A DNA stretch of 51,382 bases from Verrucomicrobiia bacterium (GTDB lineage: Bacteria > Verrucomicrobiota > Verrucomicrobiia > Chthoniobacterales > CALDSX01): assembly GCA_036804205.1 (NCBI GenBank), contig DAIRSW010000003.1:1-51382 (forward strand). Reading direction: 5' to 3'. A model generated the notes under the pieces. That model was not told the DNA's origin, did not search any database, and was given only the letters and a program-made list of their open reading frames with translations. Both the position numbers and the translations under genes were made by a program. Each line of letters opens with the position of its first letter. Position 1 is the stretch's first letter. Positions 17,813-28,155 of this stretch are shown in pieces.

Positions 17813-18700
17813 TTGATGGAGTTTGTCCCGTCCATAGCTGCTGCGCCCTTACTTTCGTTCTTCGACTCCGCCTCGTTCTTGGCCGCCGTCGACATGTCGG
17901 CGCTGCGTTTCACCGACGAAGTGCCTTGGTTCAGTAACTCGACGTTTGTGGGTCTCGTGGTCGCGTTGCTCTTCATTATCTTTGGATTAAGAGCTGGCTC
18001 AAAGCCCCAGGCCATCCCGGAAAGAGGTTCGAGCAATCTTTTTGAAGCAATCGTCGAAAAACTCTACGACATGCTCGAAGGCATCGTTGGCCATCACATG
18101 GTGGGAAAAGTCCTTCCGCTACTGGCCACCATTTTTCTCTTTGTTGTTCTCAGCAACTGGTCCGGCCTCTTTCCTGGGGTTGGCACGATCGGGGCAGGTT
18201 ACGAGCCTCCAGGAGATTTCCGACAGGTCGATTACGTCAGCAAGCCGATTTTGCGTCCTATGACTTCCGATCTCAATGGCACTTTGGCGGTTGCGGCCAT
18301 GTTCATGTTTTTGTGGCTCTGGTGGACCATTCGGGAATTGGGTTTCATGGGATTCTTGTCCCATCTTTTCGCTCCGAAGGGCAACTTAAGCCCATTGCTA
18401 ACAGTGGTGCTGGCACCTATATTTTTGTTTGTCGGCTTTATCGAGATTATCTCAATTAGCTTTCGTCCGCTATCACTCTCTCTGCGTCTTTATGGGAACA
18501 TCTATGCGGGGGAAAGCCTCTTGCACACGATGGCCCAACTGGGCTCGGCCTTGCCGCCGGTATTTTCATTTGCCCTGAGTGTACTAGCCCCTTTGCCGTT
18601 TTATTTTCTTGAAGTCTTGATTGGTTTGTTGCAAGGCCTTGTGTTCATGTTGCTCTGCGCGGTCTACATCCGCTTGAGCACCAGTCATGACGACCATTAA
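17813..18700 (+). CDS. atpB: F0F1 ATP synthase subunit a
   Basis: Polytopic, with the conserved LSLRLYGNIYAGE motif. First gene of the atp operon. The exact start is uncertain. Confidence 0.9.
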   Translation: MMEFVPSIAAAPLLSFFDSASFLAAVDMSALRFTDEVPWFSNSTFVGLVVALLFIIFGLRAGSKPQAIPERGSSNLFEAIVEKLYDMLEGIVGHHMVGKVLPLLATIFLFVVLSNWSGLFPGVGTIGAGYEPPGDFRQVDYVSKPILRPMTSDLNGTLAVAAMFMFLWLWWTIRELGFMGFLSHLFAPKGNLSPLLTVVLAPIFLFVGFIEIISISFRPLSLSLRLYGNIYAGESLLHTMAQLGSALPPVFSFALSVLAPLPFYFLEVLIGLLQGLVFMLLCAVYIRLSTSHDDH

Positions 18701-18789
18701 TCGATTTGCCATCACGCTAAAACATTTTTCTCCCTCAAATCCTTTGTCGATTTGTTAATCGACTCTCACCCTAACACACAACACATTCT

Positions 18790-19029
18790 ATGCTCCACAT
18801 GCTTCTTCCACTCGCTGAAACTTCCATCAACATTTCTGGCAACCTAGGTCTCGCCATTGCAGGTTCTGCTGCTGCCATTGGCGTTGCCATGGTCGGCTCC
18901 AAAGCTGTTGAGGCCGTCGGCCGCAACCCCAGTGCCTCAGGCCAAGTGCTTACCTTGGCCATTATTGGCATGGCGCTCGCCGAAGCTATCGCGATTTACG
19001 CCTTGGTCTTAGCCCTACTTCAAGGCTAA
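18790..19029 (+). CDS. atpE: F0F1 ATP synthase subunit c
   Basis: 79-aa hairpin protein: GAAAIGVAMVG...GRNPS loop ...IGMALAEAIAIYALV, with the carboxylate Glu in TM2. Confidence 0.95.
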   Translation: MLHMLLPLAETSINISGNLGLAIAGSAAAIGVAMVGSKAVEAVGRNPSASGQVLTLAIIGMALAEAIAIYALVLALLQG

Positions 19030-19090
19030 TCCCGCACCTCGGGGAAGGCTTCATTCCTTTTCCGTTGCGCCCACTGGGTGAGACCATTGC

Positions 19091-19134
19091 CGACTGGTTT
19101 TCGTTTAAGTCATTCGACTTAAACGAAACCGTCG
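19091..19134 (+). promoter_or_regulatory. long imperfect hairpin between atpE and atpF
   Basis: cgac-t-ggttttcgtttaagtc [attc] gacttaaacgaaacc-gtcg gives ~19 bp of pairing with a one-T bulge and a 4-nt loop. No U-tract follows. The structure is read directly; its function is inferred. Confidence 0.5.
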
Positions 19135-19201
19135 GCTAAGCCTCCGTGCCGATCCTTGCTCAGTCGTTCTTTCTCGAACCGCTTCACCTCAAAACTTACT
19201 T

Positions 19202-19711
19202 ATGGAACCGCTTCTCGACTTTCTCCAATTGGTCGGTGTTAACTGGCCGCAGTTCATTGCGCAGTGCCTGGTCTTTTTAGTCGTTTACCTCGTTTTAGAG
19301 CGCTTCGCTTTTCGTCCGGTCATTGCGAACCTTGAAGAGCGCAAACGGCGAATCGCTGCCAGTGAAGAGCAGATCCAAGCCATCCGCAAGCAGATGGAAG
19401 AAGCCGATGTTCGATATGCAGAGACTCTCAAAAAGGCCAACCAAGAAGCGCAGCGTCTCATCGATGAAGCCCGTGGTAGTAGTTCCGCGCTAGCCGAACG
19501 CAAAAAACAAGAAGCTATCGCTGAGGCAGAAAAAATCATCACCAAAGCCCAAGAGACCAGTCGTCTGGAACACGAGCAGATGATGCAAGACCTTAAAGCA
19601 CAGATTGGACATCTGGTCATTGATACCACCAGCAAAGTGGCCGGCAAGGTGCTCAGTCCCGAAGATCAAAAACGCTTAAGCGAAGAAGCGGCACGTCGGG
19701 TGGCCGCCTAG
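19202..19711 (+). CDS. atpF: F0F1 ATP synthase subunit b
   Basis: A single N-terminal TM helix followed by a long charged coiled-coil; position in the operon. Confidence 0.9.
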   Translation: MEPLLDFLQLVGVNWPQFIAQCLVFLVVYLVLERFAFRPVIANLEERKRRIAASEEQIQAIRKQMEEADVRYAETLKKANQEAQRLIDEARGSSSALAERKKQEAIAEAEKIITKAQETSRLEHEQMMQDLKAQIGHLVIDTTSKVAGKVLSPEDQKRLSEEAARRVAA

Positions 19712-19730
19712 TCTCCCAAACGATTCTCCC

Positions 19731-20132
19731 ATGAAAGTCACCAAAGAAGCCCGCCAACTCGCTCGACGACTGCTGCGTTTTAGCATGCGGGACGATCGTG
19801 TGGAGCGCGATCGAGTTTCGGCGGTGTTGAAGTGGCTTCAACAGAATCCGCCACGGCAGAACCTGGCCACCTTGCAAGAGTATCATCGTCTACTACGCCT
19901 TGAGCTGAGCAAATGGCAAGCCGTGGTAGAAACCGCCGTAGTCTTGAGCGAAACAAGCTGCGCACAAGTGCTCCAACAAATTCAAAGCCGCTACGGCGAT
20001 CAAGTCACCGCCGTGTTTCGTGAAAACGCAGCACTCATCGGTGGCATTCGTATTCGGGTCGGCAGTGATGTTTGGGACGGCAGCATTCGCGGTCGTCTTG
20101 AGAAGCTCGAAGCAGAGTTCATTCGTCAATAG
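19731..20132 (+). CDS. atpH: F0F1 ATP synthase subunit delta (short form)
   Basis: The C-terminal OSCP-like motif LIGGIRIRVGSDVWDGSIRGRLEKL and the operon position. Only 133 aa. Confidence 0.8.
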   Translation: MKVTKEARQLARRLLRFSMRDDRVERDRVSAVLKWLQQNPPRQNLATLQEYHRLLRLELSKWQAVVETAVVLSETSCAQVLQQIQSRYGDQVTAVFRENAALIGGIRIRVGSDVWDGSIRGRLEKLEAEFIRQ

Positions 20133-20180
20133 CCCGAAACATTTTCCAATTCCCTTTATCTCTCTTATCCTCTTTGCCCT

Positions 20181-21716
20181 ATGAGCAACGCCATTCTTCA
20201 AGAACTAGAAACCCAAATCGCCAGCCTAAAAACCTCGACCACACGCCAAAACGTTGGCACGGTGCGCTCCTGCGGAGATGGCGTGGCCAAAATTGAAGGG
20301 CTTAGCGACGTCATGCTCAACGAGATGGTTGAATTCCCTGGCGGCGTTTATGGGATCGCACTCAACCTCGAAGAAAACGAGGTAGGAGTCATTGTCTTAG
20401 GAGACCACACTTCCGTTGGCGAAGGTGATGAAGTTCGCACCACAGGCCGTTTGCTCGAAGTGCCGGTCGGCAAAGCTCTGCTGGGTCGAGTTGTCAACTC
20501 TCTGGGCCAGCCCATTGATGGCAAAGGTCCCATCAAAAGCGAGGACTTTTACCCTGTCGAAAAAATTGCCCCGGGCATCGTCAAACGTCAGTCGGTCAGT
20601 CAGCCCGTGCAGACCGGTATTATGGGGATCGACGCCATGATTCCAATTGGTCGAGGCCAACGCGAATTGATCATTGGCGACCGGTCAACCGGTAAGACCA
20701 CCATCGCCATCGACACCATTCTTTCTCAAGCCCGCGCCAACCGCGATGGCGAAGCGTCCGGTGATGAAAAATTTCGACCGCTCTATTGTATCTACGTGGC
20801 CATTGGACAGAAAAATGCCAACGTCGCCCGTGCGGTCGATGTTTTGGAAGCCGGTGGAGCGATGCCCTACACCATCGTGGTCAGTGCTCCGGCCGCAGAT
20901 AGTGCGACCAACCAATATTTGGCTCCGTTCGCCGGGGCCGCCATGGGCGAATGGTTCATGGACCGGAACATGGATGCCCTAATTGTTTATGATGACCTTT
21001 CCAAACACGCGGTGGCCTATCGGCAAGTTTCCTTGGTGCTCCGCCGTCCATCCGGACGCGAGGCCTATCCTGGAGACGTTTTCTACTTACACAGCCGTCT
21101 ACTTGAGCGCGCCGCTCGTCTAAGCCCTGAGGCAGGCGGCGGGTCCTTGACAGCTCTCCCAATTATTGAAACACAGGCTGGTGACGTATCGGCTTACATT
21201 CCCACCAACGTGATTTCCATCACTGACGGACAGATTTATTTGGAAACAGACCTCTTTTATCAAGGGGTTCGACCCGCCATCTCCATCGGTTTGTCCGTCA
21301 GCCGGGTTGGTTCCGCCGCGCAAATTAAAGCTGTGAAGCAAGTGGCTGGTAAGCTGAAAGGGGAGCTGGCTCAGTTCCGTGAGCTAGCCGCCTTCGCGCA
21401 ATTTGGTTCCGACCTGGATGCCAAAACCAAGGCCTTGATTGATCGTGGTCAGCGCATTGTGGAAATGTTTAAGCAAAACCAATACCGCCCCTACTCGGTG
21501 GAAATGATGGTCGCCATCATCTGGTCCATGCAAAATGGCTTTTTCGATCCGGTTCCTGTCGAGCGCGTGCAAGAATTTCGCGAAAAACTCCAAGAATACC
21601 TGGAGAACCGCAAATCCGCGTTGCTCGGAAAAATCCTCAGCAAAAAAAGTTTAGACGACGAAATCCAAAGCGAGCTTAAACAAGCTCTCGAAGATTTCGC
21701 GGGCACCTGGAGCTAA
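20181..21716 (+). CDS. atpA: F0F1 ATP synthase subunit alpha
   Basis: [31 protein letters not shown], and [19 protein letters not shown]. Confidence 0.97.
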   Translation: MSNAILQELETQIASLKTSTTRQNVGTVRSCGDGVAKIEGLSDVMLNEMVEFPGGVYGIALNLEENEVGVIVLGDHTSVGEGDEVRTTGRLLEVPVGKALLGRVVNSLGQPIDGKGPIKSEDFYPVEKIAPGIVKRQSVSQPVQTGIMGIDAMIPIGRGQRELIIGDRSTGKTTIAIDTILSQARANRDGEASGDEKFRPLYCIYVAIGQKNANVARAVDVLEAGGAMPYTIVVSAPAADSATNQYLAPFAGAAMGEWFMDRNMDALIVYDDLSKHAVAYRQVSLVLRRPSGREAYPGDVFYLHSRLLERAARLSPEAGGGSLTALPIIETQAGDVSAYIPTNVISITDGQIYLETDLFYQGVRPAISIGLSVSRVGSAAQIKAVKQVAGKLKGELAQFRELAAFAQFGSDLDAKTKALIDRGQRIVEMFKQNQYRPYSVEMMVAIIWSMQNGFFDPVPVERVQEFREKLQEYLENRKSALLGKILSKKSLDDEIQSELKQALEDFAGTWS

Positions 21717-21729
21717 TCAACTCGGCACT

Positions 21730-22596
21730 ATGGCAAACAACACCCGCGAAATTCGGCGACGCATCAAGTCTGTTAAAAGCACGGCCCAAATTACTAAGGC
21801 CATGCAGATGGTGGCGTCGTCAAAAATGCGGAAAGCCCAACAGGCCGCCCTGGCTAGTCGCCCCTTTGCCAATCAACTGCATCGACTGCTCGTAGGCATT
21901 CGAGGATCCACCTCTTCTCAAGCGCATCCTCTTTTGCAAGAGCGCGAGCTCAAAAAAGAATTGGTTCTTGTGATCAGCACCGACAAAGGTCTCTGCGGTC
22001 CGTTGAACACTAATCTTTTTCGAGAGCTGCTCCGCTTTGATCCTGCCCAAACCGATTTTGTGGTGCTTGGCAACAAAGCGCGCCAAACCTTGATGCGTTT
22101 GCAGCGCAACATCGTGGCGGATTTTCCTTTGAAAGACTCTCCGAGTTTCCGGGAAGTGCGCCAAATCTCCAAGCATCTTCAGGAAGCATTCTTGAATGGG
22201 CGCTGCGATAAAGTGACCGTTCTTTACACCCACTTCAAGAACACCCTGAGCCAAATACCCACCGTGACGACTCTGCTTCCTATCTCAAGCGCGCAGCTTC
22301 CGGGTGCCGACGAAGCAGAGCTGGAAGCGGACGGCGTGCAGGAATATTTGTTCGAACCTGGTCGGGATCAAATTTTGTCGTCCTTGCTTCCGCACTATGT
22401 GGACTTCATCGTCTACGGCTTGGTCCTTGATGCGCGCGCGTCTGAACACAGCGCCCGGATGGTAGCAATGAAAAACGCCACCGACAACGCCAAAGAACTT
22501 ATTAAAAGTCTCACCCTCGAATACAACAAAGTGCGGCAAGCTAGCATTACCGCAGAAATTCTCGAAATTTCCTCCGCCCAAATGGCTATGGAGTAA
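21730..22596 (+). CDS. atpG: F0F1 ATP synthase subunit gamma
   Basis: IRRRIKSVKSTAQITKAMQMVASSKMRKAQ at the N-terminus and NKVRQASITAEILEI at the C-terminus. Confidence 0.95.
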   Translation: MANNTREIRRRIKSVKSTAQITKAMQMVASSKMRKAQQAALASRPFANQLHRLLVGIRGSTSSQAHPLLQERELKKELVLVISTDKGLCGPLNTNLFRELLRFDPAQTDFVVLGNKARQTLMRLQRNIVADFPLKDSPSFREVRQISKHLQEAFLNGRCDKVTVLYTHFKNTLSQIPTVTTLLPISSAQLPGADEAELEADGVQEYLFEPGRDQILSSLLPHYVDFIVYGLVLDARASEHSARMVAMKNATDNAKELIKSLTLEYNKVRQASITAEILEISSAQMAME

Positions 22597-24039
<1,443 letters not shown>

Positions 24040-24065
24040 TCGAGCTCCTTTCGCAAAACATCGCT

Positions 24066-24485
24066 ATGGCCGACACCTTGACCTTAGAAATCATCACTCC
24101 CGAGAAAGCTGCCTACTCAGCTCCGGTTGAGATGGTCATTTTGCCTGGCGTAGAAGGCGAGCTTGGCATTTTGCCGCGCCACATCCCCTTGGTCACCGAG
24201 ATCAAATCGGGCGATCTGGTCATTACCAAAGACGGCAAACAAGAATACCTAGCCGTCGGCGAAGGCTTCGTGGAAGTCACCGGCGACCGTTGTGTGGTGC
24301 TCACCAGCATGGCCCTTGAGGAAAGCGAAATTGACGAAGACGCCGCCGCCAAAGCGATAGAACGCGCGCAAAAAGCGATGGAAGAAAAGCTAACCGACGA
24401 AGATCAAGCGGCTTACCAGGCAGAGCTACTCCGGTCGATGGCCATGCTCAACCTCAAGCGTCGCCGCCGCGGAGCCAAGGCCTAG
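24066..24485 (+). CDS. atpC: F0F1 ATP synthase subunit epsilon
   Basis: 139 aa. LEIITPEK... and GILPRHIPLVT motifs; last gene of the operon. Confidence 0.92.
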   Translation: MADTLTLEIITPEKAAYSAPVEMVILPGVEGELGILPRHIPLVTEIKSGDLVITKDGKQEYLAVGEGFVEVTGDRCVVLTSMALEESEIDEDAAAKAIERAQKAMEEKLTDEDQAAYQAELLRSMAMLNLKRRRRGAKA

Positions 24486-24516
24486 TTTATTTGTGAACGG
24501 TCTGATCAAAAAAACA

Positions 24517-24588
24517 AGCCGGTGAGGGGATTTGAACCCCTGACCTGCTGATTACGAATCAGCTGCTCTACCCCTGAGCTACACCGGC
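24517..24588 (-). tRNA. tRNA-Thr (anticodon CGT)
   Basis: The hand-folded cloverleaf of GCCGGTGTAGCTCAGGGGTAGAGCAGCTGATTCGTAATCAGCAGGTCAGGGGTTCAAATCCCCTCACCGGCT has all four arms paired and anticodon loop TTCGTAA. CCA is not encoded. Confidence 0.9.
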
Positions 24589-24691
24589 GTTTGCGGTTAG
24601 CTAAATTAAGTGGAACCTGGCAGAGTTCAACAGATTTTCCTCGGCGGATGATGTGTAGAGAAGAAAGGTGCGAAGATAGGCTGGCTTTCAG

Positions 24692-25831
24692 CTAGGCTCT
24701 AAGGCCTATTGATGGCAGCACAGCACCGCCTTCTATTGCCAGCTGGCGCCAGTCTGCGACGATCGGGGCCATCACTTCATCGTTGGGAAAAGAAATCCAT
24801 GCGCGGTCGACAGATGCTTTCCATGCGGCTTCCCATTGCGCATCAGTCCAATCCAGCGTGCCATTGATCAGGCTGGCGGCTTGTTCTACCGAATGATAAA
24901 GTGCTCCTGCATTGCCTAAATAACGGTAAGCGCCATGCAGCCCGGGCACCACGGGCCAGGCGCCGGTTGCCATGGCTTCTTGGATCGAAATAGGCATTCC
25001 GAATACCGAGTTTGCATTGAGGGTAAAGAGGTAAATTCCTGCGGTCCCCATGAGCGCCGCCATTTCGTCGTGTTGCAGGGCGACTTTGATTTCAACGGGC
25101 GCCTGCATTTCATCGCGCCAACTGATGATGTCTTCGATACAGTTTTCGCGTAGCATGACGGGTGAGATTGCCAGGACAAAACGGAAATCTGGGCAGACCT
25201 TTGCGGTGGCAAAAAAATCACGCAATCCCTTGTTGGGAAGCCCAGCAGCGGTGCGAAGGACAAGGCGTCGATCTTTCTCCTGCCATGGTTTTGGTGGATA
25301 GAGCTTCGGCAGGAAGGAACTCGTCGAGTTGCGAAACTTCGGGGAAGTCCACCCGACCTTTGCCCGTAAGTGTTCGAACAGATACAGACGCGCCGTGGCG
25401 GGATGGGCTTCGAGTTTGCGCAGCAGATCGTCCTGAAACTCAAAGCCATGAACTTTGCAGGTGTGCGGCAAGCGATGGCGACGCACGGAATCTGAATAAT
25501 TCAAAGCAGAGTTGAGCCAATAGGTGTGCACGATGTGGGGTTGAAAGGCAGCAATGGCCTCGTCGAAGCTCCCGAGGTGAATCTTGACGTTGTTGGGGTG
25601 CTGAACGGTGGCCTCGTGTTCGGCCCAGACTTCAACTTCAACACCAAGGTCACGGGCGCCTTCCAAGTCTGAGCGGATGTAGGATTCGGAAAGTTGCGGA
25701 TAATGCCAAAGCGCCCACAGCACCCGCAGACCGACACCGACTTGCTCCCGCCGAGGGCTGCGCACGGCGTACAAGGATGGTCCCAGCGGATGCTTGCAAG
25801 TGATTCGGTCTTGGCCGGGCCTGGGTGCCAT
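24692..25831 (-). CDS. glycosyltransferase, GT-B fold (GT4/GT1-like)
   Basis: The C-terminal motif GMPISIQEAMATGAWPVV is E-x7-E-like. An N-terminal LRVLWALWHYPQLSESY segment resembles the start of WcaL-like transferases. The start is uncertain: ATG at 25831, GTG at 25876, or further downstream. Confidence 0.7.
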   Translation of the reverse strand: MAPRPGQDRITCKHPLGPSLYAVRSPRREQVGVGLRVLWALWHYPQLSESYIRSDLEGARDLGVEVEVWAEHEATVQHPNNVKIHLGSFDEAIAAFQPHIVHTYWLNSALNYSDSVRRHRLPHTCKVHGFEFQDDLLRKLEAHPATARLYLFEHLRAKVGWTSPKFRNSTSSFLPKLYPPKPWQEKDRRLVLRTAAGLPNKGLRDFFATAKVCPDFRFVLAISPVMLRENCIEDIISWRDEMQAPVEIKVALQHDEMAALMGTAGIYLFTLNANSVFGMPISIQEAMATGAWPVVPGLHGAYRYLGNAGALYHSVEQAASLINGTLDWTDAQWEAAWKASVDRAWISFPNDEVMAPIVADWRQLAIEGGAVLPSIGLRA

Positions 25832-26756
25832 AGGAGCCGCCCATGATCGGTAGCGCGCGCACAGCTGCTTGATCACTAATTTTCAAGATGTAGTCCCAGT
25901 CGATCAATCGCTCCAACGTCGCATCGAACTCTGCCCGCACTTCTTTGCGGTGAAGAAACACATTGAGGTCGATGAAATTCTGCCGTTGCAAAGCTGCGGC
26001 ATCGTAGCTAGGCCAACTCAGCTTGACGCCATGGGTTTCACTGATGAGCTGGGCCGCGTAGGCGGCTTTGAGCGTGTCATCGGTGCGAAACCACCAAGCG
26101 GCGTCCTCCAAAAATTCAGGCGCGAAAGTATTGTCGGAGTCCAAAAATGCGATCACTTCGCCCGAGGCATGGGCGAGCCCTTGATTGCGCGCCGCGCCGG
26201 CACCACCTTGCATGGGTTGAGTCACGACACGAACGCGTGGCTCGGATTCTTGCCAACGAGCAAGAACTCTTGCAGTCTCGTCGGTGCTGCCATCGTCGAC
26301 GACAATGGCTTCCCAACTCGGGAGAGTTTGGAGCTGAAGTGAACTTAAAGCCTGATCAACAAGATCGGCGCGATTGTGCACTGGGACGATCACCGAAAAA
26401 TACGGGCTGCGCTCGGCGCTGAGTGGAGGCAACGGGAAGCGGCAGCGCTTCCACGCCTCGTGGATCGCGACAAAATCCGACTCGCTCGGATGATCCGTGC
26501 CGGGGACGCGCTTGCGTAGCGGATCGTTGGATGAGACGGAAACGGAAGCGCTATCCCCGCCTTCCAGCCCCACTTCCGTCAGCTTGGCCATTCCGCGCTC
26601 AACGCCCTCGATGCGTTTGCCTACTTTCTTCAACTCTTTTTCAATTCGAATCGCGCTTTTTTCCGAAGACCGTTTCAACTGTTCAGTCATTTGGAGTGCT
26701 CGTTTGGAGCGAGTATTCTTTAATTTTTGCCAAAAGGATTGTTTGGGTGCTGTCAT
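25650..26756 (-). CDS. glycosyltransferase family 2 protein with N-terminal coiled-coil extension
   Basis: FSVIVPVHNRADLVDQALSSLQLQT...VVDDGSTDET...FLDSDN (DxD) ...DWDYILK. The last ~55 aa are Arg/Ala-rich and overlap the next gene, so the 3' end is suspect. Confidence 0.75.
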   Translation of the reverse strand: MTAPKQSFWQKLKNTRSKRALQMTEQLKRSSEKSAIRIEKELKKVGKRIEGVERGMAKLTEVGLEGGDSASVSVSSNDPLRKRVPGTDHPSESDFVAIHEAWKRCRFPLPPLSAERSPYFSVIVPVHNRADLVDQALSSLQLQTLPSWEAIVVDDGSTDETARVLARWQESEPRVRVVTQPMQGGAGAARNQGLAHASGEVIAFLDSDNTFAPEFLEDAAWWFRTDDTLKAAYAAQLISETHGVKLSWPSYDAAALQRQNFIDLNVFLHRKEVRAEFDATLERLIDWDYILKISDQAAVRALPIMGGSYGTQARPRPNHLQASAGTILVRRAQPSAGASRCRSAGAVGALALSATFRILHPLRLGRRP

Positions 26757-26789
26757 GGGATTCGAAAGGGCAGGACCGTATAGCGGTGC

Positions 26790-27185
26790 GGCTTTTGGTT
26801 GACCTTACGAAGCTTGCTTAGAAATTGGACTGCGCAAGCAGAATGTCAGGCGAGTCAGGCTCTTTGCCTGGCTCGGACGGTGTCGGGCATCGCGGGATCG
26901 GCGGTGCGATCGCGAGTGGGCAGGTCGCGTATTTGGTTGCCCCTGGCGGCGGGTTTATTCCGGCTGACCGCACCGGATGTGGTAAGCCGCGGGCTAGCCG
27001 GGTTGGTAGCTGGGACTCGGATCCGGGGTTGTTCTTTAGACTGTCGATGATTAACACGCAAGCGGCGCGGTTGCTCCCAATCTCGGGGATTAAAGTCCCA
27101 CCCAGCCGACTGGGAGGGCAAAGCCCGGCTGTGCACGGTTGTGTCTAGGACCCACAGAAAACGGCAACGGATCGCTTGTTTATAC
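26790..27185. other. GC-rich, stem-rich non-coding spacer (candidate structured RNA, class unknown)
   Basis: No protein-like ORF is present. Several local helices can be read directly, for example GAGTCAGGC/GCCTGGCTC, GCGGC...GCCGC enclosing CCGG...CCGG, and CCCAG-ccga-CTGGG. Confidence 0.25.
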
Positions 27186-27187
27186 GA

Positions 27188-28120
27188 TTATCGGCCTTTC
27201 ATAGAGACTGTGTAAGGGTCTGGAATCACAAGTGCGGTCAGTTGGGCTAACACGTCCTTTAACGGAGTTTTAGAGAGGTTGATCCGTGGCCACTGAGAAA
27301 AGCGCCCGCGAATCCAGGTCATTTGACGTTTCGCGTAATGTCGAGTGGCCTGCTTCCAACGTTCCCGGAGTTCGGCTAAGCCAAGTTCACCTTGGAGATG
27401 CTGACAGATCAGGTTGAAACCAAGCATTTGTCGAAATGTGGTCGAAAGCGGCTGATCCTGCAAAGCAGCGACCTCGTCGATAGCCCCTGCGCTAATCATG
27501 GCTTCGACCCGGGCGTGGATTCTGTGCGTTAGGTCTTCGCGATCGCGCTCCAGCACGCAGACGCCGCGGAGGTCACCGGGCTTTGGGGGCTGAGGTTCGT
27601 GTCCGGCCCAGGCGTGGAGGAGAGCGCGTTCGACTCTCCGACGATTGGCACAGTCGATGTTTTTGGCTTTTTCAGGGGCGGTTTGCCGCAGCTGGGCAGT
27701 GAGTTCCTCCAAAGACAGGGAAGCTAAGAGCTGTTGTTGTTCTGCGCTTGGGGTCGGGCCAGGGTCTAGCCCTTGCCACAGCGTTTGGAGGTAGAGACCG
27801 GTTCCCCCGACGACGAGGGGAAGGCAGTTTTGCCGCTGAAGATCTTGACAAGTTTTATGGGCCAACTCCGCATAGCGCTGCACGGAGTTGCTCTCGGTCT
27901 CGGCGAGCTCGCCGATGATGTAGTGGGGCAGTCGCTGGCGTAGATCTGCCTCAGGAGCACCAGAAAGAATGGGGGCTGCTCGATACATTTGCATCGAGTC
28001 AGCCCCCAAGATTGCTGATGAAAAAGGAAGGGAGATGGCTAGCTCAACGAGGAGCTGGCTTTTTCCAATGGCTGTGGGCCCCATGATCAGCACACGAGGC
28101 TGAGGGAGAGGGGCAATCAC
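27188..28120 (-). CDS. miaA: tRNA dimethylallyltransferase
   Basis: An N-terminal P-loop (IMGPTAIGKS), a PLVVGGTGLY block, and a C-terminal YAKRQMTW motif. Confidence 0.92.
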   Translation of the reverse strand: MIAPLPQPRVLIMGPTAIGKSQLLVELAISLPFSSAILGADSMQMYRAAPILSGAPEADLRQRLPHYIIGELAETESNSVQRYAELAHKTCQDLQRQNCLPLVVGGTGLYLQTLWQGLDPGPTPSAEQQQLLASLSLEELTAQLRQTAPEKAKNIDCANRRRVERALLHAWAGHEPQPPKPGDLRGVCVLERDREDLTHRIHARVEAMISAGAIDEVAALQDQPLSTTFRQMLGFNLICQHLQGELGLAELRERWKQATRHYAKRQMTWIRGRFSQWPRINLSKTPLKDVLAQLTALVIPDPYTVSMKGR

Positions 28121-28155
28121 GCCGGAACGGAAAAGCGCAGAGCCAGATCGATCAA

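Noticed and set aside
17389-18036. 215-aa minus-strand ORF spanning the esterase 5' end and the atpB start
   Set aside because: It overlaps two well-supported genes and the spacer between them, and it has no motif. It is probably spurious.
26790-27185. Possible RNase P RNA, tmRNA or SRP RNA
   Set aside because: The size and GC helices were suggestive, and GGGAGGGCAAAGCCCGGCT plus ACAGAAAACGGC resemble the two P4 strands. However, those two elements lie only ~30 nt apart, and the invariant GAGGAAAGUCCGGGC is absent. I also found no tmRNA GGGG...UUCGAC 5' end or tRNA-like 3' end, and no SRP GGAA/AGCA domain IV motif. I kept it only as an unclassified candidate.
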